In this document: in pieces, positions 37,246 to 45,415 of the stretch
Position numbering within the stretch: position 1 is the stretch's first letter
How the letters are laid out: each line of letters begins with the position of its first letter
IMG/VR virus record: IMGVR_UViG_2615840613_000003
Span: 26,210 to 90,209 of that record
Reading direction: 5' to 3' (one strand)
DNA: 64,000 nucleotides
Origin: a virus
Lineage: Duplodnaviria; Caudoviricetes
Notes under the pieces: generated by a model
The model's database searches: none
What the model was told of the DNA's origin: nothing
What the model saw: the letters and a program-made list of their open reading frames with translations, nothing else
Made by a program: the position numbers and the translations under genes

Positions 37246-39398
37246 TGGCCCAGCCCAGCCAGGTTCGCACATACCACCCAGCCGAGAGCGCCGTCTTCCT
37301 TAAGACGAACGAGCGCTTTGGCGGGCTGTCGAACATGGCGCCGGGCTTCCCGATTGTCCTGAACGGCGTGCGGATCCGCACGTCGGAGGCGCTCTACCAG
37401 GCCTGCCGTTTCCCGCGCCGGCCGGACGTCCAGCGGCAGATCATCGACGACCCCAGCCCAATGACCGCAAAGATGCGGAGCAAGCCGTTCCGCTCCGACA
37501 CTCGGCCGGACTGGGATGCGGTGCGGGTGAAGATCATGCGCTGGTGCCTGCGCGTGAAACTGGCGCAGAACTGGCAGACCTTCGGCAAGCTGCTGCTGTC
37601 CACCGCGGACATGCCGATTGTCGAGAAGAAGGTCCGCCGCAAGGACTTCTGGGGCGCCACGGAGCAGCCGGACGGCACGCTCGTCGGCATGAACGTGCTG
37701 GGTCGCCTGCTGATGGAGCTGCGCGAGCAGCTGAAGGGCGATGAGGCGGAGAGCCTACGGTTTATCGAGCCGCTGGCCATTCCCGACTTCCTGCTGCTTG
37801 GAGAGCCCATCGAGGCCGTGCAGGCCCCGAATAATGCGCAGATTCCGGGTTGGGCCGCTCGGCGGTCGCCTGCACCCGTTGCCGCTCCGCCGCCCAGCGA
37901 TCCCCAGCCATCCCTATTTGAGCAGCCGATGATTACAAACGCGCAGCCTGCGCCCGTCTCATCTCCTCCTGATCGTCGCCGAGACAATCAAGAGCCGAAG
38001 CAGCAGCTTCTATGCCGCCCCTCGGGGCACGATTGGCTTGGCGATCTCCCAAGCCAATGGGATGTGCTCAGGAGCAAGTATCTATTTCGCGAGATCGACG
38101 ACCGGACCGACACGGGGACAGAAACATTGCTCTCCATGCGTCAAGCCCATGGCCTGATCCCCCACGCGAAGGTCTCAACCAAGCCAGTCACGCCGGAGGA
38201 ACTCAAGGGGTATAAGCGCGTCTGCACTGGTCAGATGGTAATGAACCGCATGCAGGCCTCGAACGGCATGTTTGCTGTGGCGCGTGAGGACGGCCTGGTC
38301 AGCCCGGACTACGCGGTGTTTCAGCCGCTGCGACCGATGGAACCGGACTACTTCGTCGAACTGTTCAAGACCAACATCTACCGCGCGAAATTTCGTCAAG
38401 AGTCAAAGGGGCTAGGAACTGGTACTTCTGGATTTCTGCGGCTCTACTCGGATCGTTTTGGATCAATCCATGTACCGCAACCACCGGAATCCGAGCAGCG
38501 GAAGATTGTACAGTTCATCCGAGCTTATGATGTTCGGGTTCGCCGCCTGATCCGCAACAAGCGGCGGCTGATCGGGCTGTTGAACGAGCAGAAGCAGGCG
38601 ATCATCAACCGGGCCGTCACGCGCGGCCTGAACCCCGACGCCCCGATGAAACCCACCGGCATCGACTGGATGCCCGAGGTTCCAGCGCATTGGGAGGTCA
38701 AACCGCTGAAGTGGTTCTTGACGGCAATTGTGGGCGGCTCAACCCCTCCAAGCGGTCAAGAAGACTGCTGGGACGGTGATATCGTATGGGTCACTCCTGA
38801 AGATATCAGCAGAAATGCTCGGCTATCGTCATCGAGGCGAACGATCACGCAGAAGGGATTGTCGGCTTGCTCTACATCGTTGGTCCCTCCAGGTAGCGTC
38901 GTTATCACCTCCCGGGCACCGGTTGGAAATGTTTCTATTGCGGAGGTGGAGCTTGCCACCAACCAAGGCTGCAAGGCACTTGTGCCAAACGCCGAGGCAA
39001 TCGATACCCAATTCCTGTTTGAATTGATGCGTATTCTTAAGCCAGAGCTGCAGAGCCTGGCGACTGGCACCACTTTTACAGAGATATCAACATCCCGATT
39101 GGGGCGCGTGAAAGTAGGAGCTCCGAGCGTCGCCGAGCAAAAAACGGTTATCGATTGGGTTCGCAATGAGACTCGCGACCTGGAGCGGGCAATCGAAAAA
39201 GCTGGTCAGGAAATAGCTCTCATCAATGAATACCGTGAGCGACTGATTGCCGACGTCGTTACCGGCAAGCTGGACGTGCGCCACATTGAGATCGTTGCAC
39301 CGGCAGACGAGCCGATTGCCGACGAGGATGACTCACTGGACGACGTGTTGGAAGACGGCGATGCCGAAGCGATGGAGGGGGCCGATGCCGACGACTGA
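37245..39398 (+). CDS. hsdS: NADAR (YbiA-like) domain fused to type I R-M specificity subunit S
   Basis: N-terminal LSN, SEALYQACRF, IVE, DFWG, GMNVLGRLLMELRE; Pro-rich linker; HsdS repeats SGHDWLGDLPSQW / TGIDWMPEVPAHW and P..EQ..I, AVTRG, VVTGK. Confidence 0.9.
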   Translation: MAQPSQVRTYHPAESAVFLKTNERFGGLSNMAPGFPIVLNGVRIRTSEALYQACRFPRRPDVQRQIIDDPSPMTAKMRSKPFRSDTRPDWDAVRVKIMRWCLRVKLAQNWQTFGKLLLSTADMPIVEKKVRRKDFWGATEQPDGTLVGMNVLGRLLMELREQLKGDEAESLRFIEPLAIPDFLLLGEPIEAVQAPNNAQIPGWAARRSPAPVAAPPPSDPQPSLFEQPMITNAQPAPVSSPPDRRRDNQEPKQQLLCRPSGHDWLGDLPSQWDVLRSKYLFREIDDRTDTGTETLLSMRQAHGLIPHAKVSTKPVTPEELKGYKRVCTGQMVMNRMQASNGMFAVAREDGLVSPDYAVFQPLRPMEPDYFVELFKTNIYRAKFRQESKGLGTGTSGFLRLYSDRFGSIHVPQPPESEQRKIVQFIRAYDVRVRRLIRNKRRLIGLLNEQKQAIINRAVTRGLNPDAPMKPTGIDWMPEVPAHWEVKPLKWFLTAIVGGSTPPSGQEDCWDGDIVWVTPEDISRNARLSSSRRTITQKGLSACSTSLVPPGSVVITSRAPVGNVSIAEVELATNQGCKALVPNAEAIDTQFLFELMRILKPELQSLATGTTFTEISTSRLGRVKVGAPSVAEQKTVIDWVRNETRDLERAIEKAGQEIALINEYRERLIADVVTGKLDVRHIEIVAPADEPIADEDDSLDDVLEDGDAEAMEGADADD

Positions 39399-42357
39399 CA
39401 CCAGTGAAAAAGGCCTCGAAGCCCTGATTGTCCGTTCGCTGATCGACGAGGCCGGTTATGCCGCGGGCGACTCGACGGATTTCGACCGGGACCACGCTCT
39501 TGATGTCGCAAAGCTGTTCGACTTCCTGAACGCTACGCAGCCAGAGGCTGTGGAGGCGCTGGGGATCGGCGTGGACGGCCCGAAGCGCCTGCAATTCCTG
39601 CATCGGCTGCAGGGTGAGATCGCCAAGCGCGGTGTTATCGATGTGCTGCGGGGCGGCGTGAAGCACGGCCCGGGCTCGGTGGAACTGTTCTATGGCACGC
39701 CCACGCCGGGGAACGCGAAGGCCGAAGCGCTGTTCGCCGCCAACGTCTTCAGCGTCACCCGCCAACTGCACTATTCCAAGGACGCGACCAAGCTATCGCT
39801 GGATCTGGTCCTGTTCATCAACGGCCTGCCCATCGCCACGTTCGAGTTGAAGAACAGCCTGACCAAGCAGACGGTCGAGGACGGGGTTCAGCAGTACAAG
39901 CGCGACCGCGATCCGAAGGAGCTGCTGTTCCAGTTCGGCCGCTGCGTCGTCCATTTCGCCGTGGACGACCACGAGGTGCGGATGTGCACGCACCTGAAGG
40001 GAAAGGCGTCCTGGTTCCTGCCGTTCAACAAGGGCTGGAACGATGGCGCGGGCAACCCGCCGAACCCTCACGGGCTGAAGACCGACTACCTCTGGAAGGA
40101 ATACCTGACGAAGCGGAACCTCACCGACATTCTGGAAAACTACGCCCAGGTGGTCGAGGAGGTCGACGAGCGCGGCAAGAAGAAGCCGCCCAAGCAGGTC
40201 TTCCCGCGCTTCCATCAGCTGGACGTGGTGCGCAAGCTGCTGGCCGACGCCGAAGCCAAGGGGGCGGGCAAGCGCTACCTGATCCAGCATTCGGCCGGTT
40301 CGGGCAAGAGCAACTCGATTGCCTGGCTCGCCCACCAACTGATCGGGCTGGAGACCGGCGGCAAGACGACCTTCGACTCCGTCATCGTGGTCACCGACCG
40401 CCGTGTTCTCGACAAGCAAATCCGCGATACGATCAAACAGTTCGCGCAGGTATCATCCGTGGTGGGACACGCCGAAAAGTCTGGCGACCTGCGGGCCTTC
40501 CTGAAGGCCGGCAAGAAGATCATCATCACAACGGTCCAGAAGTTCCCCTTCATCCTCGACGAGATCGGCGACGAGCATCGCGGGCGAACCTTCGCCATCA
40601 TCATCGACGAGGCTCATTCCAGTCAGGGTGGCCGGACCGCAGCGAAGATGAACATCGCGCTCGCCGCGAATGGCGCCGAGGAGGAAGAGGAGACGGTCGA
40701 GGACGCTATCAACCGTCTGATGGAGGCGCGGAAGGTGCTGCCGAACGCCAGCTATTTCGCGTTCACCGCCACGCCAAAGAACAAGACCCTGGAGGTTTTC
40801 GGTGCGCCGGTCCCGCAAGGGGACAAGATCAAGCACGTACCCTTCCACAGCTACACGATGAAGCAGGCGATTCAGGAGGGCTTCATCCTCGACGTGCTGA
40901 AACACTACACGCCGGTCGACAGCTATTATCGGCTTATGAAGACGGTGGAGGACGACCCCAAGTTCGACACCAAGCGGGCACAGAAAAAGCTGCGCAAGTA
41001 TGTGGAATCCCATGACCACGCGATCCGCAAGAAAGCCGAGATCATGGTCGATCACTTCCACGACCAGGTCATGGCGTATCGCAAGATCGGCGGCGCGGCC
41101 CGGGCGATGGTCATCACCAACGGGATTCAGCGCGCAATCCAGTACTTCCACGCGTTCCAGGAATATCTGAAGGAACGCAAGAGCCCCTATCAAGCCATCG
41201 TCGCCTTTTCGGGGGAGCATGAATACGGCGGCCAGAAGGTCACTGAAGCGACCTTGAACGGCTTTCCAAGCAGCCAGATCGAGGAGCTGATCCAGAAGGA
41301 CCCGTACCGGTTCCTGATTGTCGCGGACAAGTTCCAGACCGGCTATGACGAGCCGCTGCTGCACACGATGTATGTGGACAAGACGCTGTCCGGCGTGAAG
41401 GCGGTGCAAACGTTGTCGCGCTTGAACCGGGCGCATCCACAAAAGCACGACACCTTCGTGCTGGATTTCATGAACGATTTCGAGGCCATCAAGACGTCGT
41501 TCGAGCCCTATTACCGGACCACGATCCTCAGCGAGGAAACCGACCCAAACAAGCTGCACGATCTGAAGGCCGCGCTGGATGGCTACCAGGTCTATGCATG
41601 GGACCAGGTGGAGGACCTGGTGGCGCTCTACCTCGGCGGAGCGGACCGGGACAAGCTCGACCCGATTCTCGATGCCTGTGTTGCCGTCTACAAGACCGAC
41701 CTCGATGAGGATGGGCAGGTCGATTTCAAGGGCAAGGCGAAGGCGTTCACGAGGACATACGGCTTCTTGGCCGCGATCCTCCCCTACAGCAATGCGGATT
41801 GGGAGAAGCTATCCATCTTCCTCAACTTCCTGACGCCCAAGCTGCCGGCGCCTGAGGAGCGGGACCTGTCCAAGGGGATCCTTGAAGCGATCGACATGGA
41901 CAGCTACCGCGTCGAAGCCCAGGCAACCATGGCCATCGTGCTGCCGGACGCGGACGCCGAAATCGGACCGGTCCCTACTGCTGGCGGCGGTCGCAAACTC
42001 GAGCCCGAGCTCGATCTGTTGAGCAACATCCTCAAGACGTTCAACGAGATGTTCGGCAACATCGACTGGAAGGACCGGGACAAAATCGGGAAGGTCATCG
42101 CGGAGGAGCTTCCGGCTAAGGTGTCGGCCGACAAGGCGTATCAGAACGCCATGAAGAACTCGGACAAGCAGAACGCGCGCATCGAGCACGACAAGGCGCT
42201 TGAACGTGCCGTGATCGAACTGCTGTCCGACCACACGGAACTGTTCAAGCAGTTCAGCGACAACCCCTCGTTCAAGAAGTGGCTTTCCGAGACGATCTTC
42301 GCGGCAACCTATGCGGACACTGCGTCAAAAGCCAGCTCGGCTTCTATTGGCAGTTGA
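39385..42357 (+). CDS. hsdR: Type I R-M restriction subunit R
   Basis: DLVLFINGLPI..ELKN, QHSAGSGKS, DEAH, FTATP, TGYDEP, QTLSRLNR. Confidence 0.95.
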   Translation: MPTTDTSEKGLEALIVRSLIDEAGYAAGDSTDFDRDHALDVAKLFDFLNATQPEAVEALGIGVDGPKRLQFLHRLQGEIAKRGVIDVLRGGVKHGPGSVELFYGTPTPGNAKAEALFAANVFSVTRQLHYSKDATKLSLDLVLFINGLPIATFELKNSLTKQTVEDGVQQYKRDRDPKELLFQFGRCVVHFAVDDHEVRMCTHLKGKASWFLPFNKGWNDGAGNPPNPHGLKTDYLWKEYLTKRNLTDILENYAQVVEEVDERGKKKPPKQVFPRFHQLDVVRKLLADAEAKGAGKRYLIQHSAGSGKSNSIAWLAHQLIGLETGGKTTFDSVIVVTDRRVLDKQIRDTIKQFAQVSSVVGHAEKSGDLRAFLKAGKKIIITTVQKFPFILDEIGDEHRGRTFAIIIDEAHSSQGGRTAAKMNIALAANGAEEEEETVEDAINRLMEARKVLPNASYFAFTATPKNKTLEVFGAPVPQGDKIKHVPFHSYTMKQAIQEGFILDVLKHYTPVDSYYRLMKTVEDDPKFDTKRAQKKLRKYVESHDHAIRKKAEIMVDHFHDQVMAYRKIGGAARAMVITNGIQRAIQYFHAFQEYLKERKSPYQAIVAFSGEHEYGGQKVTEATLNGFPSSQIEELIQKDPYRFLIVADKFQTGYDEPLLHTMYVDKTLSGVKAVQTLSRLNRAHPQKHDTFVLDFMNDFEAIKTSFEPYYRTTILSEETDPNKLHDLKAALDGYQVYAWDQVEDLVALYLGGADRDKLDPILDACVAVYKTDLDEDGQVDFKGKAKAFTRTYGFLAAILPYSNADWEKLSIFLNFLTPKLPAPEERDLSKGILEAIDMDSYRVEAQATMAIVLPDADAEIGPVPTAGGGRKLEPELDLLSNILKTFNEMFGNIDWKDRDKIGKVIAEELPAKVSADKAYQNAMKNSDKQNARIEHDKALERAVIELLSDHTELFKQFSDNPSFKKWLSETIFAATYADTASKASSASIGS

Positions 42358-42544
42358 ACCAGCGCATGGCGGTTTGGATCAGATGATCATGATCCACGCT
42401 TGTGGCCTCTTGGTAGAACGCGTCGATCTCTTGCTGCGAGAGGCCCGCTTCTTTTGCGGCCCGTCGGCACAAGCCAAGGATCATGAAGGCATTGCTGTCA
42501 TGTCCAGTCAGCTGGACTGTTATGTTGGGATACTTGGGGGGCAT
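42344..42544 (-). CDS. Small conserved phage protein
   Basis: VQLTGHDSNAFMILG..RA..AG, GGAGGAG RBS. Confidence 0.65.
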   Translation of the reverse strand: MPPKYPNITVQLTGHDSNAFMILGLCRRAAKEAGLSQQEIDAFYQEATSVDHDHLIQTAMRWFNCQ

Positions 42545-42650
42545 TGACCGGCTCCTCCAGCGCAGTGGACACGACGCCTAGAACGCTCGTTTCTTCATTA
42601 TTATCAACAGGATAAGGCGCTTTTGGTTCGCGCTTTTCCCATTGCCGTGT

Positions 42651-42893
42651 TTAAGGGCTTCGGCCGCGACAACTTCGCGCCTGATCCCGCATGACGCTGT
42701 AGTCGGCAAGCATTTCGGCGAGAGCCGACCCCTCCGGCAGCAGATCGAGCTCGTCGGCTGCGCGCGCCTGGAACTCGCGGCTATACTCGACAACGGGTGG
42801 GCAGATGGTCGTGATGCGAAGATCAGAAGCGACCGTCGCGCAGCCGGTCAGCGAGATCGTTACGATCACGAGGACGGCGAGCCGCCGCATCGA
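42651..42893 (-). CDS. Rz1-like outer-membrane spanin lipoprotein
   Basis: MRRLAVLVIVTISLTGC lipobox; overlaps the 3' end of the Rz-like gene in another frame. Confidence 0.65.
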   Translation of the reverse strand, partial: SMRRLAVLVIVTISLTGCATVASDLRITTICPPVVEYSREFQARAADELDLLPEGSALAEMLADYSVMRDQARSCRGRSP

Positions 42894-43080
42894 GCATCTG
42901 GCGTTGGACGTCATTGGTCTTCTCCGAGGTTTCGAGGCGTTCGGCGAGGCGTCCCGCTCGCTCGCCGGAGCGCCGGAGTGTGAGCAGGAACAGGCAGACC
43001 GCGAGTGCGATGGCGCCGTAGCGCAGGGCTGTCCGCACCTAGGGGCTGGTAGCGATCCCGGTGAACAGAGCGACGATCAT
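42823..43080 (-). pseudogene. Rz-like inner-membrane spanin with in-frame TAG at 43039-43041
   Basis: ATG at 43080 overlaps the endolysin stop: MIVALFTGIATSP*VRTALRYG then a TM helix and coiled coil. Confidence 0.6.
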
Positions 43081-43751
43081 CGACGCCCCCGCTTCCAGTC
43101 GTCGATGCGGGCGTAGATCGTCACGGCGACGCCCGCGAGCGCCACGGCGATGAACACCCAGCGCAGGGTGTCGAGGTGGGGCACGAGCGGCAGGATCGCG
43201 GTCTGGGTCTCCGCCAGAACGCTCTGCGCCACCTCGACACCCGCGGCGCCCAGCGTGGCCACGCCAGCTGCGCCGCTGCCCTTCATCGTGCGGCTGTCTG
43301 CCAGGACCTCCCGCACGGGCGCCGTTTCCGCGGCGAACGCCGTCGCCCGCACCGGGAAACGCTCGCCCCATTGCCGAGCCGGGCCGAGATCGATGTGCAT
43401 GAAGCCCGAGCGCGGATAGTAGCCGAAGCCGAGGAAGCCGACGGCTCGGGCGGCGGCCTCGAAAGCCACCGGATCGTGGTTCGCCATGGCGATGTCGAAG
43501 GCCGTGCCGTCCATGTGCTTCGAGCGCGGCGCGCCGCCGACGGCCCGATTGTGCGCCGGACTGCGGTAGGCCGAACGGACGATGAGGGGCTTGCCAAGCC
43601 GATCGCGCAGCGCCTGGAGCTTGTCGAGCGCATCTTCGTTGATCCGCAGGGAGCCGCTGCCTCGGCAGGCGATCTCGGCGGGGGAGAAATTCTTCCAGCG
43701 CCACGAGCGCTCGGGCACATCGCGCCAGTGTTTGTAGGTCATTGTCGTCAT
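43077..43751 (-). CDS. Endolysin, peptidase M15 (YcbK-like) with C-terminal hydrophobic helices
   Basis: NFSPAEIAC, SAYRSPAHN, SKHM.G.AFD, FMHID. Confidence 0.88.
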   Translation of the reverse strand: MTTMTYKHWRDVPERSWRWKNFSPAEIACRGSGSLRINEDALDKLQALRDRLGKPLIVRSAYRSPAHNRAVGGAPRSKHMDGTAFDIAMANHDPVAFEAAARAVGFLGFGYYPRSGFMHIDLGPARQWGERFPVRATAFAAETAPVREVLADSRTMKGSGAAGVATLGAAGVEVAQSVLAETQTAILPLVPHLDTLRWVFIAVALAGVAVTIYARIDDWKRGRR

Positions 43752-43768
43752 GGCAGGTCTCCAGGCAC

Positions 43769-43798
43769 AAAAAAGCCCGCTCCTCGACGAGGGCGGGC
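43769..43798 (-). terminator. Intrinsic terminator just upstream of the endolysin
   Basis: Minus strand GCCCGCCCTCGTCGAGGAGCGGGC hairpin followed by T6. Confidence 0.7.
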
Positions 43799-43825
43799 GG
43801 TGGTCTGATGGGTCGGGCGGATGGG

Positions 43826-44116
43826 TTAAGGCGTCGGTCCGAAGAGCTTCAGCTTGATGGCGATGCCGGCCATCAGGGCGAGCAGGACGCCGGTGGTGAT
43901 CAGCCGCACGGCGGTCTGGACGGCCGTCTGTTTCGCGAGCCGGAAACCCGCGAGCAACGAGCGAAGATCACGGATGTCCTCGGCGGCATCCTGGCCATCG
44001 AGGCCGACCTCATGCAGGGCGCGCCGCGCACCCGTCTCGGCCGCGCGCTCCAGCAGGGCTTCAAACTCGGCGGCCGGCAGCGCGATCAGCGCCCCGCTTT
44101 CTGGTTCCTTGTCCAT
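43826..44116 (-). CDS. DUF6127-like membrane protein, possible holin
   Basis: AAETGARRAL..GL...A.EDIRDLRSLL with a C-terminal TM helix; next to the endolysin. Confidence 0.7.
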   Translation of the reverse strand: MDKEPESGALIALPAAEFEALLERAAETGARRALHEVGLDGQDAAEDIRDLRSLLAGFRLAKQTAVQTAVRLITTGVLLALMAGIAIKLKLFGPTP

Positions 44117-44134
44117 GACGCAATCCGGGAGTGA

Positions 44135-45415
44135 TCAGAGGACCAGCGAGCCGGCCAGCGTGAACCCGATCCCGGCGAGCGTGGCGTCGGGTGTCGATGG
44201 CGCGACCACGCTGAGCACCTGGCCGGGCTCCAGCACGGTGTCGCTGGCGGCGATGAAGGTGGCGCTCGTAGCGGCGGCGGCGAAGCGCATGGTGGCGCTG
44301 CTCACGCCATCGACCCGGATGTCGAAATCCGCACTCGCGGTTGCCGCGGCCTCGGCGCTGGCATGGCTTCCGGCAAGATCGATCTTCAGCCGGGTGCGCC
44401 GCGCCACTGGGACCCGTGCGATCACCTCGTCCGCTGCCGGCTGCCCGGCCTTGTAGCCGCTGATGTCGGCCGGGGGATCGGCCGCATCCGCGGTCTCGAC
44501 AACCTCGATGGCCAGCCACGTGCGCTCGAGGCCACGCAGCTCCCCGGCAGTGCCGACATAGACGGCCAGCTCGAACCAGTCACCCTCCGACACCGGCAGG
44601 ACGGCGCTCGACAGGTTGCGCATCTGGTTGGAGTAGCCGCTGTCGCCGCGGACGATGACGGCGCCGCCGCCCGGCACGCTGTTTCCGTTCTTGCGCACCT
44701 CGACCAGCTGATTGGTCGGCGAGGTCTGCCACTCGATGTTGCCGATAATCCGTACCTTCGTCACCCCGGCTGGAATGGTCAGGCGGGAGGGCTGGCCGGC
44801 ATCCCAGAATGCGTCGCTGTCGTACTCGGCGCTTTGCCAGGGCACGGCGACGTAGACGTTGGTCGTCGCGACGCTGAAATTGGTCGAGCGTCGCAGCAGC
44901 GCGCCCCGGAAGGGCAGCAGGGCGCGGTTGAAGATGCCGACGCCTGTGGCGCCCCACGCAGCGCCATCGAACTGGAGGACGTCGCCGTTGGCGGCGCCGG
45001 CGATGGAGACGTCGGTGAGATCGCCCAATGCACCAGCGCCACCGCCGACCCTGAAGAGATCGCTGCCATCGCCCTGAACCAGCACCGTCGCGCTAGGGAC
45101 GATGACGACCTCTGCGCCGGAGCCCGCATATTTGGCGCGAACGTCCTGGCCGCCATTGGTGGCGTTTCGGATCGCGAGCCGCCGTTGATTGGCGGGCAGC
45201 GTCAGGGTCCGCGATGCCGTCAGCGTACCGGTGAGGATGATGAGGCCATTACGGTTGGCTTGGGTGCCAGTCAGCGTCAGGTTGGCGTCGGCCATCGCTA
45301 CCGACAGTGCCTGGTTCATAGCGTTGTCGAGGGCATCGACCGCGTCGTTGATCGTTACCTCTTTCTGGTTCTGGGCGGCCGCGACATGGGTCACGGCCAG
45401 ATTGGGGCTGGGCAT
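44135..45415 (-). CDS. Tail fibre / receptor-binding protein (DUF2793-like N-terminus)
   Basis: SPNL...AAQNQKEVTINDA..LD; LGDLTDV..NGDVLQFDG repeat; beta-rich C-terminal domains. Confidence 0.75.
   Translation of the reverse strand: MPSPNLAVTHVAAAQNQKEVTINDAVDALDNAMNQALSVAMADANLTLTGTQANRNGLIILTGTLTASRTLTLPANQRRLAIRNATNGGQDVRAKYAGSGAEVVIVPSATVLVQGDGSDLFRVGGGAGALGDLTDVSIAGAANGDVLQFDGAAWGATGVGIFNRALLPFRGALLRRSTNFSVATTNVYVAVPWQSAEYDSDAFWDAGQPSRLTIPAGVTKVRIIGNIEWQTSPTNQLVEVRKNGNSVPGGGAVIVRGDSGYSNQMRNLSSAVLPVSEGDWFELAVYVGTAGELRGLERTWLAIEVVETADAADPPADISGYKAGQPAADEVIARVPVARRTRLKIDLAGSHASAEAAATASADFDIRVDGVSSATMRFAAAATSATFIAASDTVLEPGQVLSVVAPSTPDATLAGIGFTLAGSLVL

Noticed and set aside
38030-39300. hsdS shufflon or diversity-generating retroelement
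   Set aside because: No second hsdS TRD, flanking inverted repeats, adjacent invertase or reverse transcriptase was seen in the window.
10379-43041. Stop-codon reassignment explaining the in-frame stops
   Set aside because: The four stops are of three types (TGA, TAA, TAG), and all three also end normal genes here; decay is the simpler explanation.
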